This document shows positions 17,775 to 27,099 of a stretch of 64,000 nt of DNA, piece after piece. Below the pieces are notes generated by a model. It was not told the origin of the DNA. It searched no databases and saw only the letters and a program-made list of their open reading frames with translations. The DNA comes from a virus. Location: positions 1 to 64,000 of the IMG/VR virus record IMGVR_UViG_3300018719_000003, one strand, 5' to 3'. Position 1 is the stretch's first letter. Each line of letters opens with the position of its first letter. Made by a program: the position numbers and the translations under genes.

Positions 17775-18278
17775 ATGGCAAAGTCGAAATACAACCAAGA
17801 GATTCAAGAGATAATCTGCGAAGCGATCGCTAACGAGGGAGGCGACGAAGTTGGTTGGCTAGCTGGGGGGATTGGTCGTGACACATTTTACACTTGGATA
17901 AGAAAATACTCAGACTTTGCGGATGCCGTTGCGACTGCGCGATCACAGTTTAGAAAGCGCTGTCCACCATACCAGAAAGGGCTTGCGTTAGCAAAGTTGA
18001 CAGAGGCTTTGGAGCATGGTCAAGTCATTCGGTGGAAGACGCGCAAAACTAGGCGACTAGAGCATTATGTCCCTGGCAAAGATGGCGATCCTGATGTTCT
18101 GAAATGGTATCAAGAGGAAGTCACAGAAGACGACCATGAGGAGCATCGACCTTGCCCTAAATGGGCAATCGAAAGGGTAGTGCCTCGACCGATTGAGGAT
18201 GATATTAATGCAGCGATCGCATTCATTCAGCGACAAGGTTATGTAGTGAGCGAACCACCGGATGAGGATGCGGAATAG
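17775..18278 (+). CDS. Putative terminase small subunit / HTH protein
   Basis: 'KYNQEIQEIICEAIANEGGDEVGWLAGGIGRDTFYTWIRKYSDFADAVATAR' resembles a TerS N-terminal HTH. Lies upstream of TerL. Confidence 0.45.
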   Translation: MAKSKYNQEIQEIICEAIANEGGDEVGWLAGGIGRDTFYTWIRKYSDFADAVATARSQFRKRCPPYQKGLALAKLTEALEHGQVIRWKTRKTRRLEHYVPGKDGDPDVLKWYQEEVTEDDHEEHRPCPKWAIERVVPRPIEDDINAAIAFIQRQGYVVSEPPDEDAE

Positions 18279-18292
18279 GGCTTCATCCGGTG
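18256..18292. terminator. 10-bp-stem hairpin between convergent genes
   Basis: CACCGGATGA (18256-18265) / TCATCCGGTG (18283-18292). Confidence 0.4.
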
Positions 18293-18303
18293 ACGGCGAT
18301 CGC

Positions 18304-19581
18304 TTAGGCTTTATTCTTTCGTGACGTGGGGTGTTCAGCCGTCGATCTCCAGCTAGGGATACCGAGAGAATACCTAAGCATTTGGATACTCTTTTTAGAC
18401 ACTCCAGCCTCCTTAGCTAACACAACATCCTGAACCTTACCTAGTCTTTCGACAATACTAGATGGCAGATTACTGTAACAATTCCCTGGACGAGGGCAAA
18501 CTGGAATGCCTCTTTTAGTTCTCTCTCTGAAAATCTTGTTTTCTGTGACACCAGCTTCTCTTGCTAATTGAGAGTCTGGTCTTTTACCTAACTGTTGAAT
18601 AATTGAGTCAGATAAATACGTTTTGTATACTGGCTCAGATCCGGGTTTGTAACCATACCGAGTCGGGTGATTGTTTTGCTCTGAATGACTAGGAATGCCA
18701 AGCTCTGTCCGTCGAGTCCAGATGATGCAATGCGGGACACCCGATAATTTTGCTAAGTCACTATCAGGCATTGTGCCAAGCTTGCCTAGTACCCACTGAG
18801 GGACACTGATTTTATTGTGTGGAGTTTTTGGAAAAGCTTTAATCCCTAACTCTTTTCTGTATCTACTTACAGATCCACTTGATACGCCGACGCTTTGAGC
18901 TATGGACTTGTCTAGCTCTTTCCCTAGCCGATGGATCACTTTTTCCCTCCAGTTGCTTTTATAGCCTTCGCCAGCTTTCTTCATTGGCTTTATCGCTGGT
19001 ATCCCCAGTTTGCGACGACGTACACCTACCACACTTGCGGTACATCCGATTGTTTTAGCGATTGCTTCGTCAGATTCTTTCCCCATCCTGCTCACCACGT
19101 CAGGCGTCCACTTAAGCTCCGTGAACTTCGGGATACCTAGGCTTTGCCGCTTGTCCATAACAGCATTAACGCTAATACCTGTATCTCTAGCTATGTCATA
19201 ATCCGATGCCGTGCCTAGCCTTGCAAGTATTTCTGGCGTCCAGTTATATCGAACGCCATTGCCGTTACCAATGCCACCCGCAGCGGCTGGCTTAACGTTC
19301 AGCAGGGTATTGGCAATAGAAAGATAGTCGATCCAGACTTGCTCTGCTTCCTCTGCTTCCTCTAGCGATGCATTCTCTACTCTGGCTATCTCTGCAATGA
19401 CTGGTTTAACCCCATCCTTAAGCATTTGAGCGATTCTCCTTGCCTTTGGATTTTTGTTGCGCCTAGAGTCTTTTAGATGCCCTCTCAAGCGCTTAACTAG
19501 AGTTATCTTGGTTCTGCCGACATAGAAGACTTTGCCGTCTCTAGGATCGACTAGAGAATAAATAAGCGTGGTACGATCCAT
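18304..19581 (-). CDS. GIY-YIG endonuclease with six tandem HTH-like repeats
   Basis: N-terminus 'LIYSLVDPRDGKVFYVGRTKITLVKRLRGH...E' is GIY-YIG. Six repeats of about 45 aa follow the pattern 'W.P.i...LG...D..iA...Gvs...V...R..LGIP'. Confidence 0.75.
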   Translation of the reverse strand: MDRTTLIYSLVDPRDGKVFYVGRTKITLVKRLRGHLKDSRRNKNPKARRIAQMLKDGVKPVIAEIARVENASLEEAEEAEQVWIDYLSIANTLLNVKPAAAGGIGNGNGVRYNWTPEILARLGTASDYDIARDTGISVNAVMDKRQSLGIPKFTELKWTPDVVSRMGKESDEAIAKTIGCTASVVGVRRRKLGIPAIKPMKKAGEGYKSNWREKVIHRLGKELDKSIAQSVGVSSGSVSRYRKELGIKAFPKTPHNKISVPQWVLGKLGTMPDSDLAKLSGVPHCIIWTRRTELGIPSHSEQNNHPTRYGYKPGSEPVYKTYLSDSIIQQLGKRPDSQLAREAGVTENKIFRERTKRGIPVCPRPGNCYSNLPSSIVERLGKVQDVVLAKEAGVSKKSIQMLRYSLGIPSWRSTAEHPTSRKNKA

Positions 19582-19705
19582 TTAAGTTCATTGATACTGG
19601 ACTACAAGCTCTCAGGTGGTTGCCAAACTATACCTGAGAGTTAACTATTATTATAAACTGAAAGCCTTGTGTAGTATATATTTTGGCGATTAAAGTAAAT
19701 CATTT

Positions 19706-21298
19706 ATGACGGCAATCTTCCTAACTCCAAAAACTAGAAAAAATATAAAACCTCCTACGTCACTGGCGGCTATTGAAAAGTGTGCAAAGTACCGCGATCG
19801 CCCTATTGAATTTGCTTATGAAATGCTAGGGATTCAGTACTTAACAGACGATCAAAGATGCATCCTTGAGAGCGTGAGAGACAACCAGTCTACTACGTGT
19901 GTCGCCGCACACGGCGTGGGAAAGTCAAGCGTTCTAGGCGCTGTTCTAGTCCCTTACTGGGTGTTTGCTATGCAAGGATTGTGTATCACGACAGCACCAA
20001 CATTCCGACAGGTTAGGCAGATTTTGTGGAGTGAAGTGAGGAAGTCATACGCACGAAATAAAAAGCAATTAGGTGGCATCTGTGGGGAGATGTACTTGAA
20101 GTTAACAGAGGAAGCGAGGGCGCTAGGATTTTCCTCTGACCGAAGTGACAACTTCCAAGGGATTCATCACCCTAGGCTCTTGTGCATCCAGGACGAGGCA
20201 TCAGGGATTTCCAAAGAAATAGACGACGCATCCGAAGCCTGTGTCGTAGGCGTTGATAATCGCATAGTCCGCGTCGGCAACCCGATCGCCGCTGGTACTC
20301 CCTTCGAGAAAGCTTGCAAGCGTAGCCATATCAGAATCCCGGCATGGACTCACCCAAATGTAGCGTGGGCATATCGTCAAGACGCTGATGGCATCCACCG
20401 GATAAAGGAGGAACTACGCCACTGCCTGCTAGATAAAAATAAGCATATCCTAGACAGAGACAAATGGGGCGAACCGGCTCGTACTGCAATGCAGACATAC
20501 CTCGAATCAATCAAAGCTATCGAAATCAAAGGCGCAATCTCGGTCGAGTGGATTGAGAATGTTCGAGAAAAGCACGGCGAAAGTAGTGCCTATTGGGAGT
20601 CACGAGTCGAAGCCAGATTCCCCCTAGACGCTGGTCAGTCTATAATCCCACGCCGCTACTTCCTGATGGCACGAGTCAAATTCGACAATCTCACCACCGA
20701 GGAGTGGAACAAAAAGCTTATCAGTCAACCATCCCGCTACGGCTTAGATGTTGGCGACGGTGGCGATCCTCATGCACTGTCACGCTGGCAAGGTTCGGTG
20801 CTGTGGAGTGTGCGGAGTCATGCCACCTTGGGTGATGAGCGGGATGCACACAGAGCAGCGGCAATGGTGGCAAAAGAGTCCAAGACTTTTGGGAAGGGTT
20901 CTGTGGCTGTTGATAACGTGGGCGTCGGTGCGGGGGCGTTGTCTATTCTTCACGAGGAAGGATATCCCTCTCAGGGATATCGCTGGGGTTCTGCCGCTAA
21001 GGATAAAGAGCGTTTTGCCAACCTAAAGGCAGAGCAGTTCTGGACGCTACGCGAAGCTATGGGAAAAGGCGAGATTGCGATCGCACCATTAGGCGAATAT
21101 GAAGACGAATTGATGGAGGATTTTGCCTCGACATATTACGAGGAGACGGTTAGCGGCAAAATTAAGATCGAGGAGAAGAAGGTCACTAAATCGAGATTAG
21201 GTAGAAGTCCCGACTTGGGGGATGCAGCCGTGTATGGGTATCACGCTAAGTCTGGAGGAAATAGGAAGCCACTGGTGTCGGTTTCGCCTAGGAGATGA
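19706..21298 (+). CDS. terL: Terminase large subunit
   Basis: 530 aa. Walker A 'AAHGVGKSS', Walker B-like 'LLCIQDEASGI', and a C-terminal nuclease-like region. Confidence 0.8.
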   Translation: MTAIFLTPKTRKNIKPPTSLAAIEKCAKYRDRPIEFAYEMLGIQYLTDDQRCILESVRDNQSTTCVAAHGVGKSSVLGAVLVPYWVFAMQGLCITTAPTFRQVRQILWSEVRKSYARNKKQLGGICGEMYLKLTEEARALGFSSDRSDNFQGIHHPRLLCIQDEASGISKEIDDASEACVVGVDNRIVRVGNPIAAGTPFEKACKRSHIRIPAWTHPNVAWAYRQDADGIHRIKEELRHCLLDKNKHILDRDKWGEPARTAMQTYLESIKAIEIKGAISVEWIENVREKHGESSAYWESRVEARFPLDAGQSIIPRRYFLMARVKFDNLTTEEWNKKLISQPSRYGLDVGDGGDPHALSRWQGSVLWSVRSHATLGDERDAHRAAAMVAKESKTFGKGSVAVDNVGVGAGALSILHEEGYPSQGYRWGSAAKDKERFANLKAEQFWTLREAMGKGEIAIAPLGEYEDELMEDFASTYYEETVSGKIKIEEKKVTKSRLGRSPDLGDAAVYGYHAKSGGNRKPLVSVSPRR

Positions 21299-21356
21299 CG
21301 CAAAAAAGCGATCGCCGTTGATGTATGCGATCGCTCTTAAGCTAATTATTCATACC

Positions 21357-21375
21357 GACCGGAGACTCCGGTCAC
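21357..21375. repeat. Palindrome family copy P3 (GACCGGAG-A-CTCCGGTCAC)
   Basis: Read directly. Bases 21372-21374 are the TGA stop of the minus-strand gene 21372..21692. A T-run follows on the plus strand, 59 nt after the TerL stop. Confidence 0.85.
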
Positions 21376-21692
21376 TTTTCAGTCGGTACTCGATGCAACT
21401 CCTTCCTCTGATAAAGCCCCTCGCCATCTCGCCGCTGTACTACCACTTCACCTAGCACGAAAGCCTTGACGATGCCAGGAACGTTGGGCTTGAGGTCGTA
21501 CTTGGCAGGCAGAATGAGGACGCGATCGCCTATGCCGAGGATGCTTGTGATGTCGGGACTGTCGGGGATGGTGAAGTCAAACCAAGGCGATACTTCTGGT
21601 ACTGGTTCAGGTTCGGGTTGTCCCGGAGCGGGGATGGAGAGAGACTCGAGTTCGGGGTTTGGGGTGAGGTCAAAGATTGATAGTTGGTTCAT
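21372..21692 (-). CDS. Hypothetical protein
   Basis: 106-aa ORF whose stop lies within palindrome P3. Confidence 0.55.
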   Translation of the reverse strand: MNQLSIFDLTPNPELESLSIPAPGQPEPEPVPEVSPWFDFTIPDSPDITSILGIGDRVLILPAKYDLKPNVPGIVKAFVLGEVVVQRRDGEGLYQRKELHRVPTEK

Positions 21693-21771
21693 GGGTATTG
21701 GGTGTTAGGTATTGGGTGTTAGGTAGATGCACCCGCCTTGTTAGACAGAGACAAAGCGGGTGTGATTGGGA

Positions 21772-22437
21772 TTACTCCAGCGAGTCAATATAAGCTTTCA
21801 ATTCACCTTCGTACTTAAACAACTCTTTTCTTTTGTTGATTCGGTACTTAGCGAAAGTTTTATGCATCTCAGCTTCCTTCGTTCTTCCACCTGGAATAGC
21901 TTTGAGAATCGTCAGCTTATCAAGTGTTCCAGCACGGAATGTGTTTACTCGCCATTCTGGGTTGCATGAATATCCAATTTTGACAATATTCCGATCCTCA
22001 TTGAGCATGAAGTAAACCCAAGATTTACAACTAGGATTTATTACCTCCCTCACAGTGTGTTGGTGAGTCAAAAATAGTAGTTCTGTTGCTGCATCAATGT
22101 GGTTGATACTTGCCTCTACTATCGCTTCGTCAGTAGCTGGCGTGTCCTGGCTGATCATTAGCATTAGTTCAACAGAAGCCTTGCCGAAAGCAGCGAAAGC
22201 GCTACGAAGCTCAATGTTTTTTGATTTAGCCGCGTCATTCTGTGCTTTAAGTAATACCATTGACGGCGACAGTGTTTCGTAATCATCTAGTTGATTGGTA
22301 ACGATAAAAACAAATGCCTCAAACTGTGCCTGTGTCCGCGTAAGTTTTTCTGCAATTTCTTCTGACACCAACTTTACCTCCTCAGCTACAATTACTGGCA
22401 CTTTGCTCTGATGTTGCTCAAACTTGATAGAATCCAT
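21772..22437 (-). CDS. T5orf172 (MUG113, GIY-YIG-like) domain protein
   Basis: C-terminus 'VYFMLNEDRNIVKIGYSCNPEWRVNTFRAGTLDKLTILKAIPGGRTKEAEMHKTFAKYRINKRKELFKY' matches the T5orf172 pattern. Confidence 0.7.
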   Translation of the reverse strand: MDSIKFEQHQSKVPVIVAEEVKLVSEEIAEKLTRTQAQFEAFVFIVTNQLDDYETLSPSMVLLKAQNDAAKSKNIELRSAFAAFGKASVELMLMISQDTPATDEAIVEASINHIDAATELLFLTHQHTVREVINPSCKSWVYFMLNEDRNIVKIGYSCNPEWRVNTFRAGTLDKLTILKAIPGGRTKEAEMHKTFAKYRINKRKELFKYEGELKAYIDSLE

Positions 22438-22548
22438 GTTGCTTACTTTCCTTCTTTTCGGTTTGTGAGTGCGATCGCCTTGGGGCTTTTCAATCTACCA
22501 AGGCGATTCGTTGCGGCTTTTAACGACATCCGTCCAGGTCGAGATTGC

Positions 22549-22722
22549 CTAATTAAACCGCTTCAGTGTACAGCTCAATATCACCCCATTCAGCCTTGCT
22601 GCCAGCCTACGGGCTTCCTGCCGTGTCGTGACGTTGACAGCTACCTCTTGTTTGACCCAATACCCTGCTGTGTTCAGGTATTGCCCCGTGGCTTTGTTTT
22701 GAATGGTTGCTCTGTATGGCAT
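22549..22722 (-). CDS. Small hypothetical protein (57 aa, not in the ORF track)
   Basis: MPYRATIQNKATGQYLNTAGYWVKQEVAVNVTTRQEARRLAARLNGV... preceded by the conserved leader on the minus strand. Confidence 0.45.
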   Translation of the reverse strand: MPYRATIQNKATGQYLNTAGYWVKQEVAVNVTTRQEARRLAARLNGVILSCTLKRFN

Positions 22723-22770
22723 GATGGTCTTGCTCCTATGTGGTTTGTTCTGGATGGGAGTAGCGATCGC
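22720..22770 (-). promoter_or_regulatory. Conserved leader cassette, copy 5 (minus strand)
   Basis: The reverse complement reads GCGATCGCTACTCCCATCCAGAACAAACCACATAGGAGCAAGACCATCATG. Confidence 0.55.
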
Positions 22771-22840
22771 CCCTGCCGTGAGATAGTGTGGGGCGATTTG
22801 CTTTTGGGGCTGGGGTTAACACCCTAGCTGTTTAAAATGC

Positions 22841-23281
22841 TCAGGTGGGCTTAAATTCCTGATCGTAGAAATCCAAGCAAATTTGGAGAAGCTTGTTTTT
22901 TTCTACGACTTTCCCCCAAAGCTCTTGAGATGACAAATCTAGCCACTCAATTTTATTAGGCTCATCTTCAAGCATTTGATAACCATAATAGCCATCAGCT
23001 TTGATTTGAGAACGGTATTTATTTACCTCGGCATAAAGCTCCCCTGAGCCTTTTTGCTCTAAAACAAAAATTACGGCATACACTGCAATTTTTTCAGCTA
23101 TTCGCTCCAAATCTGACTTAAGTATCTGATCTTCTTGCCACATCCGATACACCTGACCAGCACGTTCTTTTATTTGTGAATATTTTTTTTCAAAGATTTC
23201 ATTAGCTTGCTCTTCTATTACCGCTTTTGCCTGAAAAACAGAATTGGGATCTATGAGCGAAAAAACCGAATCGTGATTCAT
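22841..23281 (-). CDS. Hypothetical protein
   Basis: 146-aa ORF. Confidence 0.6.
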   Translation of the reverse strand: MNHDSVFSLIDPNSVFQAKAVIEEQANEIFEKKYSQIKERAGQVYRMWQEDQILKSDLERIAEKIAVYAVIFVLEQKGSGELYAEVNKYRSQIKADGYYGYQMLEDEPNKIEWLDLSSQELWGKVVEKNKLLQICLDFYDQEFKPT

Positions 23282-23460
23282 TTTTTGTACCTATCATTGT
23301 TTGTTGTTTTACGTGTACGCAACAGTAGCGATCGCTCTGCCTACTTTTGCCGGGAAACAGGCAATCGCTTTTGGATACTCAAGTTGCGTATTCACTGCAT
23401 TTGACGAACGTCTTATAACCAAGTACTCTTTAACTATACACACTATTGAAGAGTCGGTCA

Positions 23461-23862
23461 ATGGGGACACAGAATGTCAAAGGCAGGGCAAAAAAAGGTG
23501 AGGCAAGAACCGACTACGAAGAAGTGAAAATTAGGGTGAATATGACGCTCACCCAAACAGCGATCGCATTTGCAAAAACAGCAGCCAGTAGCCTCGGCAT
23601 CAGTCGCAGTGAGTTGATTGAGCGATCGCTGAGAACGCTTCAGCTTATGAATAACTTACAACAGCAGTATCACCTCACAATCAGAACCCCTTTTGAAGTT
23701 GGCGAACCTTACTTTGCTAGTGCGACTCAACTGGGGTTTACGGGGTGGAATGGTAAGCCAGACTATGAAGCGAGTGGCACGACATTGGATGAGGCGGTGA
23801 AGAATTTAGCTGAGGCAATTGGCTCTGCGTCGGGAAATGATAGGATTCCGACCGAGGGTTGA
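23461..23862 (+). CDS. RHH-like N-terminus plus HicB-like C-terminal domain protein
   Basis: 'VKIRVNMTLTQTAIAFAKTAASSLGISRSELIERSL' looks RHH-like. 'EPYFASATQLGFTGWNGKPDYEASGTTLDEAVKNLAEAI' looks like a HicB/UPF0150 fold (by eye). Confidence 0.45.
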   Translation: MGTQNVKGRAKKGEARTDYEEVKIRVNMTLTQTAIAFAKTAASSLGISRSELIERSLRTLQLMNNLQQQYHLTIRTPFEVGEPYFASATQLGFTGWNGKPDYEASGTTLDEAVKNLAEAIGSASGNDRIPTEG

Positions 23863-23881
23863 GTGACCGGAGACTCCGGTC
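23863..23881. repeat. Palindrome family copy P4 (GTGACCGGAG-A-CTCCGGTC)
   Basis: Read directly. Starts on the first base after the TGA stop at 23860-23862. Confidence 0.85.
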
Positions 23882-23993
23882 GGTAGCTGCTAAGGTATCC
23901 CAAAACACGGGGTTATATCTAGGCGTGGCGATCGCAGCCGCCAAACCCGCATTCTATCGTCGAGTGTCGAAAATACCGGGAAAATGCAAGCAA

Positions 23994-24296
23994 ATGGAAC
24001 AACGTATTTTTTTCATCGAGGTCAAGCCAGAAGATCAAATCCCCATAAGCGAACTACTGAATATGACGTTTGAATCGGATAAAGACGCTGCGATCGCACT
24101 AGGAAAGACCGAGGGTTCACAGAATGCGGTGCTTTATCCTCCTGGCGACTTCAGTTGGTACGCGATGCCGCCTCGCGGTGAGGTATTTGCTTATCCACCA
24201 GAAGTTCATCAGGCTCGGTTTATTGCCGAAGAAGGTAAGTGTCGCTGGCAGTGGGTAAAAAGGAGAGAAGGAAGTCCAGGAACTCCAATCAGGTAA
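23994..24296 (+). CDS. Hypothetical protein
   Basis: The internal ATG (MEQRIFFIEV...) is preferred, because the track start at 23859 would translate through the palindrome. Confidence 0.45.
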   Translation: MEQRIFFIEVKPEDQIPISELLNMTFESDKDAAIALGKTEGSQNAVLYPPGDFSWYAMPPRGEVFAYPPEVHQARFIAEEGKCRWQWVKRREGSPGTPIR

Positions 24297-24390
24297 TGTC
24301 CAAAATATTGGGGTTGTACCTGATCGCGGTAAGGAGGCGACTCAAGCCCTGATTTTCGTGTTGGGTGTTTAAAAACACGGGAAAATACCA

Positions 24391-24419
24391 AAGAAAAGCC
24401 ACCTCTGGATGGGGTGGCT
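24391..24419 (-). terminator. Intrinsic terminator for the minus-strand operon
   Basis: GCCACC (24398-24403) / GGTGGC (24413-24418), with a T-run on the minus strand. Confidence 0.5.
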
Positions 24420-24473
24420 TGCGCTTGTCCTACTAGCTCTTGTTACCTTGTCATACGTCGTGAGGCGGAAATT

Positions 24474-24836
24474 TTAAGCGGCGGCTAGCTCTTCCGCCTT
24501 GGGCTGGGGCAAAAGAATTACTCCAGCTTTGACTACTGGCTCCTCAAAATAAGAGAAGAATAGCTCGTAATTGAAAAGAGGATGGTAGGCTACGTTGGCA
24601 ATCATGCCAAAGACGGGATGGCTATCGAGTGCTAGCTGAATCTCTCCCTTTGTTAACTTTCTGCTAAGTATCAACTCCTCTTTCAGTTTTGCCATTACTG
24701 CGTACTCTGCTGTGTACTGAATTAACGCCTCATAGAACTCTGGGTAGAAGGCGTCAAACAATACATCGGTATCACCTCTAGAACATCGTTCAAGGATTGA
24801 CCATATCTCATCAGCCGACCAAAGACAGGCGCTCAT
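24474..24836 (-). CDS. Hypothetical protein
   Basis: 120-aa ORF. Confidence 0.55.
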   Translation of the reverse strand: MSACLWSADEIWSILERCSRGDTDVLFDAFYPEFYEALIQYTAEYAVMAKLKEELILSRKLTKGEIQLALDSHPVFGMIANVAYHPLFNYELFFSYFEEPVVKAGVILLPQPKAEELAAA

Positions 24837-25027
24837 TCGTCCTCTCCAATATTTCGCCTAATCTCAGCAGCTGCCAGTCCCCATGAACTCAACCCGACGA
24901 GGAACCATACTTTCTTGAGTGGTGGCAATTCTCCAAGCATTAGGATAAGTGCGCTTGTGAATACGGCTAGGCTGATGGCGGTGAAGATTGCGCGGTGGGT
25001 AGACTCTCTCATGCTGCTACTCCCCAA
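24833..25027 (-). CDS. Small membrane protein with two TM segments (holin-like topology)
   Basis: 64 aa with two hydrophobic segments and a charged C-terminus. Not adjacent to the endolysin. Confidence 0.45.
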   Translation of the reverse strand: MGSSSMRESTHRAIFTAISLAVFTSALILMLGELPPLKKVWFLVGLSSWGLAAAEIRRNIGEDE

Positions 25028-25826
25028 TCAGCATTTGACGATTGCCTTTGCGCTGTGCCCATAACTGCTTTAGTTTTGGCATTATTTCCCGTGGCAGTTT
25101 CGATGTGGCATGAGCCGTCATCTCCTGTCGCCAATCTTCATCCTTAACACCAATCGACTGAAGCCATTTCTTGCACTGTTGGTTCGCATTCTTGCCAGTG
25201 AAGCCGAGTCGTTTTGCAATCTCAGTGATACCCATGCCGTCGAAGGTCGCTACAGGGTTGAGATTTTGGTCTACCATCACGGTTTCACGAACGACTTCTT
25301 TTTCTGTGATAACAGCATCAGGACACCCCTTGATAAGTGCCAGCTGCCCGAAGCCGTGCATCTCTGCAATAGTTTTGCTCGTCAGCATTAGCCGCTCTTG
25401 GGCTAGGACTGTTGAGTTTTGAGCTTGAGCGATCGCAAGTTGCAACTCTAACTCTCGGAGGCGTTCTGATTGTTGAGGGATGATTACCTCAGCTTCGCGG
25501 GTTTTGATAACAAAGTAGTTTTGGGCAGCGGCGATCTCTGGTTTACGTGGATCGCCGTTCATTGCTGTGAGATAACAGCCGTAACGGGAAAGTCGATAAT
25601 CCTCTTTTGGGCGTCCCTGAGTTTTTGCGACTGAACGCCAAAAGTGCGCGGCTACGTCGTTTTGGCTATTTTGCTGTGCAATCATAGCTCGTTCGATTGC
25701 GTCGCTAAACTGTCTCCACTGATAGTAGCCAAGCACTGGCATCAGCTCACGAGCTAGCCAATACTCGCCTTGATCGTCTTCGTGGCGTATTGAGTCAAAG
25801 GGGCTTGATTGAGATAAATTAGACAT
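25017..25826 (-). CDS. DinD / Bro-N-like DNA-binding (antirepressor-like) protein
   Basis: 'FDSIRHEDDQGEYWLARELMPVLGYYQWRQFSDAIERAMIAQQNS...HF' matches the DinD/Bro-N pattern. The internal ATG at 25826 is taken as the start. Confidence 0.6.
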   Translation of the reverse strand: MSNLSQSSPFDSIRHEDDQGEYWLARELMPVLGYYQWRQFSDAIERAMIAQQNSQNDVAAHFWRSVAKTQGRPKEDYRLSRYGCYLTAMNGDPRKPEIAAAQNYFVIKTREAEVIIPQQSERLRELELQLAIAQAQNSTVLAQERLMLTSKTIAEMHGFGQLALIKGCPDAVITEKEVVRETVMVDQNLNPVATFDGMGITEIAKRLGFTGKNANQQCKKWLQSIGVKDEDWRQEMTAHATSKLPREIMPKLKQLWAQRKGNRQMLIGE

Positions 25827-25934
25827 TGGTCGATTCCTAGCTTCATTAGGGTTGACTGTTGGGGTGGTGGTTAGACTCACCACCCTTTTTATTGTCCCAT
25901 ACCACAAGCCGAATGCGATCGCCCCTTTAAGCTG

Positions 25935-26456
25935 ATGGTTGCAAACACCACCCCACAAAAATCAAGCGATAATGGGCATAGTGTTGGCACTGACCAAATG
26001 ACGCCCGCCGCAATCCTCAAAATCAAATACAAATCAGGTGATGAGACTGAGTTTCGACTAGAGAGCGATCGCCTGTTCTATGTCTTTGGTCGTGCAGCTG
26101 AGTGTCACTTCAAGTTCAAGTCAGGCAAAATCAGCCAAATTCACTTCACCATTTTGGCTCGACCCACAAAACACACGATAGTCGATGGCTTCCCAGGTAA
26201 GAGAAAGGGTGACGAGATTTTAGGAAGAAAATCCTCGACCAATAGCTTTTTGCTTAATGGCGTTGTTATTACAACTGAAGAGGCGAAGAGGATTAATCCC
26301 GCCGCTCAAGGTAGGGCAGACTTAGTACACGGGGATAAGCTACTACTGCCAGATGGGACAGAGATTGAGTATGTCTTAGTCCGACCAACGCATCTACCAA
26401 GGTACGACGATACCGAAACCGGAGAACCTTTCACAGATGTAACCCCAAGTGGATAA
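25935..26456 (+). CDS. FHA domain protein
   Basis: 'YVFGRAAECHFKFKSGKISQIHFTILARP...SSTNSFLLNGVVI' is FHA-like. An alternative ATG lies at 25998. Confidence 0.55.
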   Translation: MVANTTPQKSSDNGHSVGTDQMTPAAILKIKYKSGDETEFRLESDRLFYVFGRAAECHFKFKSGKISQIHFTILARPTKHTIVDGFPGKRKGDEILGRKSSTNSFLLNGVVITTEEAKRINPAAQGRADLVHGDKLLLPDGTEIEYVLVRPTHLPRYDDTETGEPFTDVTPSG

Positions 26457-27099
26457 GAGTAATCGCAAGCAAATCTACGTTCTGCTACGAAACGCAGTAA
26501 TCGCGTTTGTGGTATTCCTTGCGTTGCTAGAGTCTATCCATTTAATCGACTGGAGGCGTATTAATTGGGAGGTAGTAGCGCCTACCATCTTGAGCCTTGC
26601 CTGTAGCCTAGGAATTTGGGGTGTTGACCGTTACGGAAAAAATCGTGAGCAAAAATTAGCTCTTGCTGCTGCAATTAGGGCAGAGCAAGACGCAGCGATA
26701 AGACAGCGACAGGAAGCGAACCTTGCTCTAATTAATGGACTTCAGGAGAGCCTAGACTCGTCCGTAATTACCCTAGCTACCTTCGAGGATGAGCTGATGT
26801 CCATGAAGGCGACAGATACCGAAACGCTGAAGCGATTATCTGAGCTAGAGAGAGACTTGCAAACGCACCGAGAGAAGTACGCCCATACTGGCGCTGAGAA
26901 TGCATTGCGATCGCAGCAGAGGGCACTCTACAAACTACGCGCTCAACTGGACGGACTTTCGGGGCGTCATGAAACCGAGAAGCGGATCGATACTGTACTA
27001 GAGGCGGTGAACCAAACGAATGCACAGATGGAGCGGTTGCGGCATATCGTTAGGGATTTGTCGGGATGCATTGATGGTGTAGAGGAAACAGAAAAGTGA
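26449..27099 (+). CDS. Membrane-anchored coiled-coil protein
   Basis: 216 aa with two N-terminal hydrophobic segments followed by long coiled-coil-like sequence. The stop TGA lies inside palindrome P5. Confidence 0.6.
   Translation: MDKSNRKQIYVLLRNAVIAFVVFLALLESIHLIDWRRINWEVVAPTILSLACSLGIWGVDRYGKNREQKLALAAAIRAEQDAAIRQRQEANLALINGLQESLDSSVITLATFEDELMSMKATDTETLKRLSELERDLQTHREKYAHTGAENALRSQQRALYKLRAQLDGLSGRHETEKRIDTVLEAVNQTNAQMERLRHIVRDLSGCIDGVEETEK

Noticed and set aside
22411-22827. 138-aa plus-strand ORF rich in Cys, Pro and Arg.
   Set aside because: Its composition looks like antisense or non-coding translation. The minus strand carries a leader-cassette-preceded 57-aa ORF (22549-22722) that explains the region better.
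24833-25027. Two-TM 64-aa protein considered as the holin.
   Set aside because: The topology fits, but the gene lies 8 kb from the endolysin in an unrelated operon. It is kept only as a membrane protein with a low-confidence note.
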